Virus record (IMG/VR): IMGVR_UViG_3300007734_000747
DNA: 64,000 bases
Reading direction: 5' to 3' (one strand)
Origin: an uncultured virus (IMG/VR IMGVR_UViG_3300007734_000747)
Lineage: Duplodnaviria; Heunggongvirae; Uroviricota; Caudoviricetes
This document shows, piece by piece, positions 29,198 to 37,876 of this stretch (positions are counted from its first letter, which is position 1; every line of letters starts with the position of its first letter). The position numbers and the translations under genes are program-made. Below the pieces are notes generated by a model, which had not been told where the DNA came from, made no database searches, and worked only from the letters and a program-made list of their open reading frames with translations.

Positions 29198-29349
29198 TAT
29201 TTACCTCTTTGGTTCATAACGCGCGCCATATTACGACCGACTTTACGCATAGCTTCGCCCGTAACGCCGCCTTTTTTCATGCCATGTAAACGCTTTTCGT
29301 GGGCTTTAACTTCCTTGTCCGCGATGCGTTTGACTTGTTTGGTATCCAT
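29197..29349 (-). CDS. 50-aa basic protein (not in the ORF track)
   Basis: MDTKQVKRIADKEVKAHEKRLHGMKKGGVTGEAMRKVGRNMARVMNQRGK*; AGGAG RBS; TAATG overlap with the next gene. Confidence 0.75.
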   Translation of the reverse strand: MDTKQVKRIADKEVKAHEKRLHGMKKGGVTGEAMRKVGRNMARVMNQRGK

Positions 29350-29357
29350 ATATACTC

Positions 29358-29771
29358 CTAAGTAATCGTGATAGTCACGGTTCCTACAACCCCTGCTGAC
29401 GTAAGATAGTTTGGTGTAAGCCCGTCATCACTAGCCCTCGTCCCACCAATCGGTGCCCAACCCCACTGGAATACTCTACTACCACCACCGGGGTCGCCAA
29501 AATCTGTGTTCAAAGTCAACTGCAATCCTGTATAACCAGACTGATAATAACTGGTATCTGGCCTTGGTTCCCGCAACGCTTGCGGGTCTTCTACCGGATA
29601 CATACCTAATTGCAACTGCGGCTGATCTGGTTCCCAACAAGTTGGACATACTAAGATGTTAACCTGCTTGGTCTTAATTGTCAGCTTCTTTAGCTCTTTT
29701 AGCTTGTAGCGAAACCCACACCGATCACACTCGGCAATGGCGCTTTTGCCACTAGCAAACTTATTACCCAT
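29358..29771 (-). CDS. Zinc-ribbon hypothetical protein
   Basis: CDRCG...VCPTCWE..QPQL. Confidence 0.7.
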   Translation of the reverse strand: MGNKFASGKSAIAECDRCGFRYKLKELKKLTIKTKQVNILVCPTCWEPDQPQLQLGMYPVEDPQALREPRPDTSYYQSGYTGLQLTLNTDFGDPGGGSRVFQWGWAPIGGTRASDDGLTPNYLTSAGVVGTVTITIT

Positions 29772-29773
29772 AG

Positions 29774-30514
29774 TTAAATAAACGCCTGACGGGGAACAAA
29801 CCTATCAGAAGCCTTTTCTCTATCTTCGCCCGCCGCTAATTCCCAAGCTTCGTCATACATAAGCTTCAACGCTTGAACACGCATAGGCTCAACTTCAGGG
29901 CGCTTAACCGCCAGCATATAAGCCAACCCAGCGGTCATGCAATTTAAAAAACGGAACGGTATGTCAACTACGTTAGTGCCATCACCAGCATCAAAAACCC
30001 TACGCATCCGCCAGTAGTAAAATATGTAATACGGGGTCTGCGCTGTACCCTGATCTGGTGCAGGCCATATATTAATTTGCGGGTTAGCAACCACCGCCGC
30101 TTCAGAACCACTTTTCTGACCTGATTGTCTATTTACCCATACCTGAATTGGACGCCCTTGTGCCAGCTTGTTAGGGATAGTCGAGTATGTAGATACAGAA
30201 ATACGGGTGATAGTAAGGTCAGTCTGGTTTGGGCCTTGTCCAGAATCCGTACGGATTACGTGTTCAATTAAATCAACAGTATCGACAGGCAGATCGTAAG
30301 TAGTGGTACCTTGAACCAGATTAATAGAACCCTGCTCAATAGTCCACAGGTTAACCCCACGGTTAGCCCACTCAGCCAGCATGAAGTTTAAGCTGCGACG
30401 AACAGTACGAAAATCATAACCCGTGCGCAATTCCAAGCCACAACGCTCAAACGCTTCCTCAAATATTTCATTGAGGTTAGGATTAAAAGTATTCGTGTCT
30501 GTTGTAAAAGCCAT
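29774..30514 (-). CDS. Virion structural protein (head completion/adaptor-like)
   Basis: EEAFERCG..RRSLN..EWANRG..PFRFLNCMTAGLAY; position in the morphogenesis block. Confidence 0.6.
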   Translation of the reverse strand: MAFTTDTNTFNPNLNEIFEEAFERCGLELRTGYDFRTVRRSLNFMLAEWANRGVNLWTIEQGSINLVQGTTTYDLPVDTVDLIEHVIRTDSGQGPNQTDLTITRISVSTYSTIPNKLAQGRPIQVWVNRQSGQKSGSEAAVVANPQINIWPAPDQGTAQTPYYIFYYWRMRRVFDAGDGTNVVDIPFRFLNCMTAGLAYMLAVKRPEVEPMRVQALKLMYDEAWELAAGEDREKASDRFVPRQAFI

Positions 30515-30747
30515 TATCTAAACCCTGCTGTTTTCTTTGCAATGCCTTTGGGTTGAGCTACAAACTGTTTACCTGCTTTTTTCCCTGCCCGCTTTGCCTT
30601 CGTAGTGGCAGCGTACTCTGCTGGGCTTAGAGCCTTGATTGCCTTTTCCGGGAGATACCTCTCTCCTGTCTTTGACGACGGCTTTCCGCTTTTGGTTGTC
30701 CATTTCTGGTCACCCCATGACTTTAAGCTTTGTTGTGGCGCTTTCAA
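30514..30747 (-). CDS. Small basic protein (DUF5872-like)
   Basis: QQSLKSW..QKWTTKSG..ERYLPEKA. Confidence 0.65.
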   Translation of the reverse strand: MKAPQQSLKSWGDQKWTTKSGKPSSKTGERYLPEKAIKALSPAEYAATTKAKRAGKKAGKQFVAQPKGIAKKTAGFR

Positions 30748-31019
30748 TCTCTATAACCCCCGCCTGCTGCCTTGTACTTCTTAGCCACAAGCTGTGCTTT
30801 ACGAGCTGACCACTGACCCGCACCGGTGCCTTGGGTAGCTGCTGACTTTACCTGTGACACAATCTTCTTACGAAGGTCAGGTTTAGTGTAATTGCCCGCA
30901 GCGTTAACCGTCCCCCCCTCTTTATACTGGGTGAAGTCGGTATTATCCCGACGCTTTTTTCTTTTAGCGTCTGGCATTTTGGAGGGGTTAATATCACCCA
31001 TACCGCGTGACGGCATCAT
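30744..31019 (-). CDS. Small basic protein (DUF5872-like)
   Basis: NYTKPDLR...GQWSARKAQLVAKKYKAAGGGY. Confidence 0.65.
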   Translation of the reverse strand: MMPSRGMGDINPSKMPDAKRKKRRDNTDFTQYKEGGTVNAAGNYTKPDLRKKIVSQVKSAATQGTGAGQWSARKAQLVAKKYKAAGGGYRD

Positions 31020-31435
31020 TAGCAGGCCCGTCCGCCTTTGTTCATCTTCTTACCTTTTTTCAGGTCGTTGCTATTGCCAGCCATCTTAATCATAGTGCCT
31101 TTGGTTTTGCCTTGAGTAGCAACACCGTCACGGCTAGGGGCAGCGGTTTTAACTTTACCCATTGACGTCATACCACCTTTTGCGTATTTCATCTCAGACT
31201 CCTCATGTTTAATCATCGATTTAGGAGCGCCCTTCTTTTTCATGAAAGACACTTCTTTCTTGACCATCTTATTTGATTCAGCTTTCATTTCACCACCTCC
31301 ACTAAATTTTTTGCCCTTATCGGCATTCAAGAACTCTTTACCAACGCTTTGCGGTATTTTAGTTTTTTTTGATATGGCTGGATTATTTGCTACCGCAGCC
31401 ATAAGGTTGTGTTGTTTTTTAGATACGCTAGGCAT
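31019..31435 (-). CDS. Small Lys/Met-rich protein
   Basis: MPSVSKKQHNLMAAVA; three xGG motifs; coupled start/stop codons. Confidence 0.7.
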   Translation of the reverse strand: MPSVSKKQHNLMAAVANNPAISKKTKIPQSVGKEFLNADKGKKFSGGGEMKAESNKMVKKEVSFMKKKGAPKSMIKHEESEMKYAKGGMTSMGKVKTAAPSRDGVATQGKTKGTMIKMAGNSNDLKKGKKMNKGGRAC

Positions 31436-32916
31436 TATTTATACCCCTTCATTATCCCACCGCGCTTAGCTGGAGTAGGAGCTTGCATTGCTGCTATTTG
31501 GTTTTGCTTTTCAACCCCCGTGCCGCGTTGTGCTTCTATTTGTTGGGGCGATAACTGAAACGGTTGTTGTAGCGGTACTTGAAACGGTTGTTGTGGTGGC
31601 ATTTGTTGGTACATACTAGGGTACATCTCTTGTGCCGCCCTAAACTGCCCTTGCATAGCTGCTATCTGCCCCGGTGACATCTGCGGTTGCTGCGCACCTA
31701 AAATACCATTCTGCCCACCACTTGCGTCAATCATAGTCGTTTGTGATTCTTGACTAGTTGGCGACTGATATATACCAGCAGGTGGGGGCATGTTCTGCCC
31801 TAGTAAATCGTACACCTGATTGTAAGTCTGCTGCTGGCGCATTTTAGCTAGAGTACCCATCTGAGTGCGCATCTCGGCAAGCCTAGCCTGTTCTTCTTGT
31901 TTGGCTTGTAATGCGGCTTGCTGCTGCGCCATCTGCTGGTCATACGCTTGTTGCTGAGCTTCAGCACGCTGCTGAGCTTCTTGTAAGGCTTGTTGGATTA
32001 CTGGAGCGTTTTCTTCTTGGTAGCGTTTATCAATGGAAGTCTTAGCTACCCCTTCTAATTTTTCTAACGCGGCTTTAGCTTCGTTTCTTTTTTTCTCATT
32101 CGCATCTCCCCCCGGACTACCCATATAGCCGCTTGTCATCTTTACTGGCAGGTTGGCCTGTTTCTGTAACGCGTCGTATTGCGCTTGCTGGGCTGGAGTA
32201 AAGCCTTTGTCGTTAATCTGGTTAGCTGCTTTTTCTTTAGCGGCTTTATCTGAAGCGGCTTTTTCAGCAGCTACACGTTTAGCTTCGTCAGCCGCGCGCG
32301 TGCCTTCCTCGGCAATAGACCTATTTATATCTGCGCTAGTATTCTTTTTAGACGTGTCAATCTCTTTTAGCTGATTAGCTATTTCTGCCATCTGATTGTC
32401 GTAGTCCTTTTTGTACTGCGCAATCTCGTTATTACGCTCTGCTAAAGTATTTTTACTGTTGTTAGCGTTATCATTCTTGGCGTTAGTAAAATCGTTTTGT
32501 ATATTCTTAAGACCTTCTGCGCGGCTTTGCTTAAGCTCATTTAACTCTCTTGTGCTGTTTGCTTTCCACTCATTCAACTCGCGTTGTTTGTTTTCTTTTT
32601 CTGCTTTATCTTTAGTGGAGTTAATCTCACGTTGACGAGCTGCTGCTTCATCGTTTATGTCTTTTTGTTTTTGCTTTACTTCCCTGTCGGTATCTGCGTT
32701 ATGCTCGGCTATACGCTTATTAAACTCGGCATTAATGTTTTTTAAATCATTCGCAAAATTTTTATTGGCTTCGTCGATGTCTTTTTTACGGTCAGCGTTC
32801 CACTGCGCAAATTCTTTTGCGCGGTTGGCTTTATCAGCATTCCTCTCTTTGATTTGATTCTCAAAGTCAGCAAGGCGATCTTTAAGCTGCTGTTTAAGTT
32901 CGTCGACCGAAGCCAT
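31435..32916 (-). CDS. Coiled-coil, Gln-rich protein
   Basis: 493 aa; long charged heptad region then a Q/P/M-rich tail ending AKRGGIMKGYK. Confidence 0.7.
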   Translation of the reverse strand: MASVDELKQQLKDRLADFENQIKERNADKANRAKEFAQWNADRKKDIDEANKNFANDLKNINAEFNKRIAEHNADTDREVKQKQKDINDEAAARQREINSTKDKAEKENKQRELNEWKANSTRELNELKQSRAEGLKNIQNDFTNAKNDNANNSKNTLAERNNEIAQYKKDYDNQMAEIANQLKEIDTSKKNTSADINRSIAEEGTRAADEAKRVAAEKAASDKAAKEKAANQINDKGFTPAQQAQYDALQKQANLPVKMTSGYMGSPGGDANEKKRNEAKAALEKLEGVAKTSIDKRYQEENAPVIQQALQEAQQRAEAQQQAYDQQMAQQQAALQAKQEEQARLAEMRTQMGTLAKMRQQQTYNQVYDLLGQNMPPPAGIYQSPTSQESQTTMIDASGGQNGILGAQQPQMSPGQIAAMQGQFRAAQEMYPSMYQQMPPQQPFQVPLQQPFQLSPQQIEAQRGTGVEKQNQIAAMQAPTPAKRGGIMKGYK

Positions 32917-32918
32917 TC

Positions 32919-33179
32919 TTATGCCCTTGTTTTACCGCGAATAGCGCAGCCATCAGCGCGAGCTGAAGCGGAACCACCTTTAGCCCTTCTTACTGGCGCT
33001 GGTGGAGGCGGGGATGGCATCTCGCCTGTCACGTATTTAGATGTTTCTTTATGCGCTTTTTGCGTCATAGCATCCATCTGCTTGTACAGCATATCTAACT
33101 CAGGAACGCTTTCGCCTTTTTCCCGACGCGCTTCTAGCTCGCGTATACGGGCTTCCATTTTTGCAAGATTGTCAGCCAT
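32919..33179 (-). CDS. Small protein with C-terminal SASARADGCAIRGKTRA tag
   Basis: 86 aa; coupled to the upstream gene. Confidence 0.7.
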   Translation of the reverse strand: MADNLAKMEARIRELEARREKGESVPELDMLYKQMDAMTQKAHKETSKYVTGEMPSPPPPAPVRRAKGGSASARADGCAIRGKTRA

Positions 33180-34468
33180 TAATATATCTTCCCTCTAGTT
33201 TTACCGCGAGCAGCGATACCATCTGCACGAGATGAAGCGGAACTACTTTTAACTTGCCCGCCTTTTTTCATGTCTTTTTCCCCAGACGACTTACGGTCGC
33301 GCATCATACGTTTTGGGTCTAAATCGCTGCCGAGTGTCATTGAATAAGGGTCAGACATTTTAGGCCCCGGCATTTTACCTGCGGAACTACTTGATTTAGC
33401 TTTAGGGCCTTCTTTTTTAGCTGCTCTAGCTGCTTTTTTCTCGGCTTTATCAGCCTCTGCTTTAGCTGCTTCAGCTCTTTCTTTAAAGGTTCTTTGCTTC
33501 TCTGTTTCTTCAGCGCGTAGATTAGCTTTATTAGCGTCCTTCATACGCTTATAAGCTTCTTCATCCGTAAAATTACGGCCAGTTTTTGTGCTGGTATAAC
33601 CCACCGAAGGGCCTTTAAACTCACGAACATTTTTTTCAAGCATTCGTGCGCCGGGGCCACTAACTTTAGAATCGTCGTCTTTTTTCTCTTTGTCTTTTTT
33701 GTCTTGTAAGTTTTGAGTAAAAGAAAACGGCTTATCACTGTAAACAGTTTTTGCACCCGAAGTGTCTTTTACAGTCTTATCAATTATTTTATCGGTAGAG
33801 TTGTCGTCTTTTTGTTTAAACGCCACGCTCTTATTCTTTTTTAATTGAGCAGCGGCTTCTTCCTCCATACGCTTACCACGTTCGCCTTCAGCATCTTCTT
33901 CGGCTTTTGATACAGGCTTTAACGGCCTTGCATCTTTAGGATAAGGTTTAGATTTCCGTTCTTCGTTTGGCTTGTATTTATTTTCTGCGGCTTTTGAAGC
34001 GTTAGAACTTGTTTTAGCTACAGACGACTTATTGCTACTACCACTACCGCCGCTAGTTTTAGGCTCAGCTTTTTCTACTTCATAAGGCGCGTCTTCTTTG
34101 CTTACAGTAGATTGTGCGCCGGTTTGATTGCGATCAGAAAATTTACGGCGAGGTGCTTCTGTATCGTCAGATTTAGTTTTGCTGCCAATCTGCTCTTCTA
34201 TGGTACGTGGGCGATGACCAGCGCCGCCTACAGACTTTAAATCTCTAAACTTAGAAAACGATTTTGAGTCTTCGCTACTACCGCCAAACAAGCCAGACAG
34301 TTTGTCTTTAACTTCGTCTAGTGTGTATTCTTTTGTTTTGGGCATGTAGCGACCATAGCCGCCGTACTTGCTATCTTCTTCAAATTCTTTATCGCTGCGC
34401 GTGCGTACGTTAGTAGAACCTACTAAGCTCTCTTCATCACCGGCAAATTTTTTAACTTTGCGTTTCAT
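33179..34468 (-). CDS. Lys/Glu-rich disordered protein with C-terminal SASSRADGIAARGKTRG tag
   Basis: 429 aa, low complexity and hydrophilic. Confidence 0.7.
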   Translation of the reverse strand: MKRKVKKFAGDEESLVGSTNVRTRSDKEFEEDSKYGGYGRYMPKTKEYTLDEVKDKLSGLFGGSSEDSKSFSKFRDLKSVGGAGHRPRTIEEQIGSKTKSDDTEAPRRKFSDRNQTGAQSTVSKEDAPYEVEKAEPKTSGGSGSSNKSSVAKTSSNASKAAENKYKPNEERKSKPYPKDARPLKPVSKAEEDAEGERGKRMEEEAAAQLKKNKSVAFKQKDDNSTDKIIDKTVKDTSGAKTVYSDKPFSFTQNLQDKKDKEKKDDDSKVSGPGARMLEKNVREFKGPSVGYTSTKTGRNFTDEEAYKRMKDANKANLRAEETEKQRTFKERAEAAKAEADKAEKKAARAAKKEGPKAKSSSSAGKMPGPKMSDPYSMTLGSDLDPKRMMRDRKSSGEKDMKKGGQVKSSSASSRADGIAARGKTRGKIY

Positions 34469-34656
34469 GGTTTGTCCTTAAAGAGTTTGATCGCTGCCTT
34501 GACAGTATCAGTCTCAAAAATGCGGATACTCAACCATACTATAGTAAGCAAGCCGCCAACTAGAGCAACAACAGGGGGGAGCCATGACATGAAGCCACCT
34601 AGCCCCACAACGACAGCCGCGCCGTCAGTCATTACTTTGATGTCGTGATTATCCAT
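34465..34656 (-). CDS. Small two-TM membrane protein
   Basis: 63 aa, hydrophobic; ATGA overlap with the next gene. Confidence 0.6.
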   Translation of the reverse strand: MDNHDIKVMTDGAAVVVGLGGFMSWLPPVVALVGGLLTIVWLSIRIFETDTVKAAIKLFKDKP

Positions 34657-34657
34657 G

Positions 34658-34912
34658 TCAACACTTCCATGCTCTAAGAGATTTATTAATACGACTGTTT
34701 GGGTCGTTTGCTGTCTTTGGTGAAGTCAGCTTTTTCTTCATACCTGACATTCGAGCACAGAAGGAGTCCTTGCGGGAACCGCCCTCTGGCTGTGGGGCTT
34801 TCAACCCCGGTTTCCCGGGGTTTGCCTTGTTGTAAGAGGCTCGCCCTTTGGCGTTCAAACCGCCCTTCTCGGACTTGCCCTCTTTTCTCTGCCATGCTGG
34901 AGACTTAGCCAT
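34658..34912 (-). CDS. Small basic protein (DUF6321-like)
   Basis: Probable start MAKSPAWQRKEGK; GGLNAKGRASY..SFCARM..LRAWKC. Confidence 0.7.
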   Translation of the reverse strand: MAKSPAWQRKEGKSEKGGLNAKGRASYNKANPGKPGLKAPQPEGGSRKDSFCARMSGMKKKLTSPKTANDPNSRINKSLRAWKC

Positions 34913-35189
34913 AGAACACCGTGATAGCCGCACTGGTTGGTAAGACTACATAAACGCCGTTCTCAAACAAAACACCTTCGCCGGGTATTAACGTGGCAAT
35001 AACGGCGGCATTTGTAGTGATGTTTATTGTTATTGCTTCTGTGCCAGAATTAGTCGTAGCGTTATCCCAAAATTGTATTTCTCCGGCGGTGCCGCCCGGA
35101 GCAATTTGGTAACCCTTAACACGAGTACGACCGACATAAACAACCCCACTAGAGTCTCTATGCCCAGCTTTTACGTCTGTTTGCATCAT
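34905..35189 (-). CDS. Small virion protein
   Basis: 94 aa, beta-rich; GGAGG RBS. Confidence 0.65.
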   Translation of the reverse strand: MMQTDVKAGHRDSSGVVYVGRTRVKGYQIAPGGTAGEIQFWDNATTNSGTEAITINITTNAAVIATLIPGEGVLFENGVYVVLPTSAAITVFYG

Positions 35190-35204
35190 GGTGATGCCTC
35201 CTTA

Positions 35205-35660
35205 TTAGACGTTCTGCTGACCAAACAACGGATCGACGACGAAGTAAGTGATGTAGCCACCAACAGTACCAGCGCCGCTTGTGTCGATTCTTACAGTCAG
35301 GTAAGCTAATTCAGTAGTAGCTGTAAACGTCAAGCCGCTAGTAATTACGCCAGCAGAAGATACAGTCAGGTTATTAGCAATATTTGCGGCAGTTACTGTG
35401 CCTGAAGCTATGCCGGTAGTACCAAGATCAATAGAGCCAGTACCTGTGTCGGTAATGATGACAGAGGTAACAACAGCGCCTGCTGGGAGAACTACGTAAG
35501 TAGTAAGTAGCGTTGAATCAACAGCTACGTTAGTAGATGCAGCAACAGATGCGTCAGCGATATAAAAGTCCGCTGCCATAACGCCAGAGCCACAATATGC
35601 GGTGCGAGTCTGATCGCCGCCGCCAGAACGCCAAATACTTTGGGTGGTAGAAACTGCCAT
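35205..35660 (-). CDS. Capsid decoration-like protein
   Basis: Probable ATG at 35660 (MAVSTT) with GAGGA RBS; LPAGAVV motif; follows the capsid gene. Confidence 0.6.
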   Translation of the reverse strand: MAVSTTQSIWRSGGGDQTRTAYCGSGVMAADFYIADASVAASTNVAVDSTLLTTYVVLPAGAVVTSVIITDTGTGSIDLGTTGIASGTVTAANIANNLTVSSAGVITSGLTFTATTELAYLTVRIDTSGAGTVGGYITYFVVDPLFGQQNV

Positions 35661-35673
35661 TTGAATTGTCCTC

Positions 35674-35745
35674 ACATTGCGAGTTAAGTGCGACGATATG
35701 CAATGTAACAGGCCGGGAGCCATTCGTTCGCACCGGTTTTCCCGG
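35674..35745 (-). ncRNA. Candidate structured leader RNA (two hairpins with complementary loops)
   Basis: CCGGGA/TCCCGG and ACATTGC/GCAATGT stems; loops GTGCGA(A)CGA and TCGTCGCAC are complementary. Confidence 0.5.
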
Positions 35746-35765
35746 AATACTTCTTTATATCATAT

Positions 35766-35793
35766 AAAAAAGGGGGGCGGAAGCCCCCCTTTT
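35766..35793 (-). terminator. Intrinsic terminator after the major capsid gene
   Basis: GGGGGGC-TTCC-GCCCCCC followed by T6 on the minus strand; A/T tracts on both sides. Confidence 0.85.
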
Positions 35794-35795
35794 AA

Positions 35796-36704
35796 TTACG
35801 CACCTGCTGAGCCAAACATGCCCAGTGGGTCAGACCAACCGAACGAATAACGCTCACGAGCCTTATAACGTACGTTACCGGTATCAAAATCGCCGTCCAT
35901 CGAGTTAGCCAAAGGTGAACGAACAAAGTGCTTCATGCCGTTTGGAACGTCAGTGGTCAGGAACCATGCGTTTGTGTCGGTCAAGAAGTGGTTGATCGTA
36001 TAGCCTTCTGGGATCGAACCGTTGTTCTTCAATGCGTTGATATCGTTATCGTTAGTGCCGACGCGGAGTTCGGTTTCCAACAGACGAGTAGCAACGAACT
36101 GGAGAGCTGGTGGAACAATCAGCTTCTTAGGTTTAGCAGCGATCAGCAGACCACGTTCATCCGTCCAAGCCGCGATTTGAATAACAGCGTTTTCCAACGA
36201 AGTTTCGTTCAAGTCGGTAGGAGTTGTAGGAATGTTGCTGTTAAAGCCACCAGAAACAAGCGGGTGCGAAGCCGAGAACAAAGCAACATTATCGCCACCG
36301 GGATAGGTAGCAGAGAAGCCGTTGTTCAGGACGTTAGCCGCCTTAACTTGTTTAGTGTACGACATAGCACGAGCCAAAGCCTTGGTGTAACGAGCAGACA
36401 AGCTGTCGTACAAGTTATCTTCGATGGCCTCTTCGGTCAGCGAGAAACCCAAAGCAATAGTTTCGTGGTTGTATCGTGCTGTCCAAGCTTCTTGTGCATT
36501 GTCGTAACGAATTGCACTACCTTCGTTTTTAACAGGTGCAGCACTAAAGCCAGACAGTTTTGTTTCTTCTTCAAAAGAACGCTCAGAGGTTTCAGTTTCG
36601 TAAATCTCTTTGTGTTCTTCGCCGTAACGAGCGTACTCCATACCGAACAATGCGTTCAGTCCGGGGAGCAGCTCTTTCAGTAGTTGTGCGCGTGAAATAG
36701 CCAT
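35796..36704 (-). CDS. Major capsid protein
   Basis: 302 aa; follows scaffold and cement genes; strong terminator downstream; ITEEAIEDNLY-like and GNVRYKARERYSFGWSDP motifs. Confidence 0.88.
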   Translation of the reverse strand: MAISRAQLLKELLPGLNALFGMEYARYGEEHKEIYETETSERSFEEETKLSGFSAAPVKNEGSAIRYDNAQEAWTARYNHETIALGFSLTEEAIEDNLYDSLSARYTKALARAMSYTKQVKAANVLNNGFSATYPGGDNVALFSASHPLVSGGFNSNIPTTPTDLNETSLENAVIQIAAWTDERGLLIAAKPKKLIVPPALQFVATRLLETELRVGTNDNDINALKNNGSIPEGYTINHFLTDTNAWFLTTDVPNGMKHFVRSPLANSMDGDFDTGNVRYKARERYSFGWSDPLGMFGSAGA

Positions 36705-36715
36705 TTAGATGCTCC

Positions 36716-37408
36716 TTATACGCCGGTTGGGTTGAGATACTGATGTCCACCTGTCATTACAGTTGTTACTGTAACTGGAGGGCCAGCGCTATATGTAGAT
36801 ACAGCATACGGGGCGTTGAATTTGCAAATAAACTCGCAAAAATTACCGGAGCTATTAGCAGTTTCAGTCACCACGTCAACGATACGAATAGGCAATGAAG
36901 CCGTAGTCGTGCCGCCAGCAGCACTATAAATAGCTACTCGTGAGTCGCCAGACAAAGTCAAGCCGGTGTTCTGAACTAGTTCAGCGTTCGAGCCAACCAT
37001 TGTTTGACCCAAGAAAGCTACTGTTAGACCGTTGCCGTCTTCAGTGGTGCCCGCAGCCAGAACAGCTTTGAACAGAACATCAGGATCATCAGCGACATAG
37101 GCGTAGATATCAGTGGCAGTAACACCGCCGGGCCAATATTGACTCCAAGTTTTCTGACTATTGGTTGGGTTTGTGTAAACGCAACCGAGGAAAATACCAA
37201 CAGGTGTAGCTGTCGCTTCGCCAACGTCTTTCTCAACAGTACCAGCAGCTACAATCTTAACTACGTCACCGTAGAAAATGCTTGTAGCATAGCTGTTAGT
37301 TACTTTGAGTAGACGAGTCGAACCGGCAAACACCTGACCACCGATCAAATTGATCGGACGTAGCCCATAAGGGGCGGCTACTGTCGGGAAGGGCGCAGTT
37401 TGTGCCAT
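36716..37408 (-). CDS. Capsid cement/minor capsid protein
   Basis: APYGLRP..IFYGDVV..GIFLGC..VADDPDVLF; immediately upstream of the capsid gene. Confidence 0.6.
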   Translation of the reverse strand: MAQTAPFPTVAAPYGLRPINLIGGQVFAGSTRLLKVTNSYATSIFYGDVVKIVAAGTVEKDVGEATATPVGIFLGCVYTNPTNSQKTWSQYWPGGVTATDIYAYVADDPDVLFKAVLAAGTTEDGNGLTVAFLGQTMVGSNAELVQNTGLTLSGDSRVAIYSAAGGTTTASLPIRIVDVVTETANSSGNFCEFICKFNAPYAVSTYSAGPPVTVTTVMTGGHQYLNPTGV

Positions 37409-37429
37409 AATTAAACTCCAAAGTTAAAG

Positions 37430-37876
37430 TTATCCTTTACCAAACGACGTTTTAGACTGTCTCTCAGAAAATAGAGGCATCCTTGGGTCGTTCTCTCTCA
37501 TAAAACTATTGTCGATTGCAAGAGTTTGTGCCTGAGTCTGGTCGTTGTAGTATTTACTACGCTGATCTACAAATTCCGCAGGGGTCTTACAAAGCAATAA
37601 TCCACCGATCTCGATATTGTCCTTGAAGCGACTAGCCGGATCGATTAGCAGTTGAAATTTTGGTTGTTCCGATATTTTTACTGGTTCCCAACCTTCACGA
37701 AGCTTGCCTGACAAGTTACGGGGGTCGGCTTGGTTCAAAGTCGAAACACGAACCCACCTGTACGCAAAACCCGGCTCTTTATCCGGTTCTGGAAGCGTTT
37801 CCGCTGGTGCCCACTGCTTGGGGCGCTCCAACTGCGCACGGGATTCTAATTCACGAGTTAGTCTGTTATCAGCCAT
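37430..37876 (-). CDS. Conserved head-module hypothetical protein
   Basis: GFAYRWVR..KLREGWEPV..GGLLLCK. Confidence 0.7.
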   Translation of the reverse strand: MADNRLTRELESRAQLERPKQWAPAETLPEPDKEPGFAYRWVRVSTLNQADPRNLSGKLREGWEPVKISEQPKFQLLIDPASRFKDNIEIGGLLLCKTPAEFVDQRSKYYNDQTQAQTLAIDNSFMRENDPRMPLFSERQSKTSFGKG

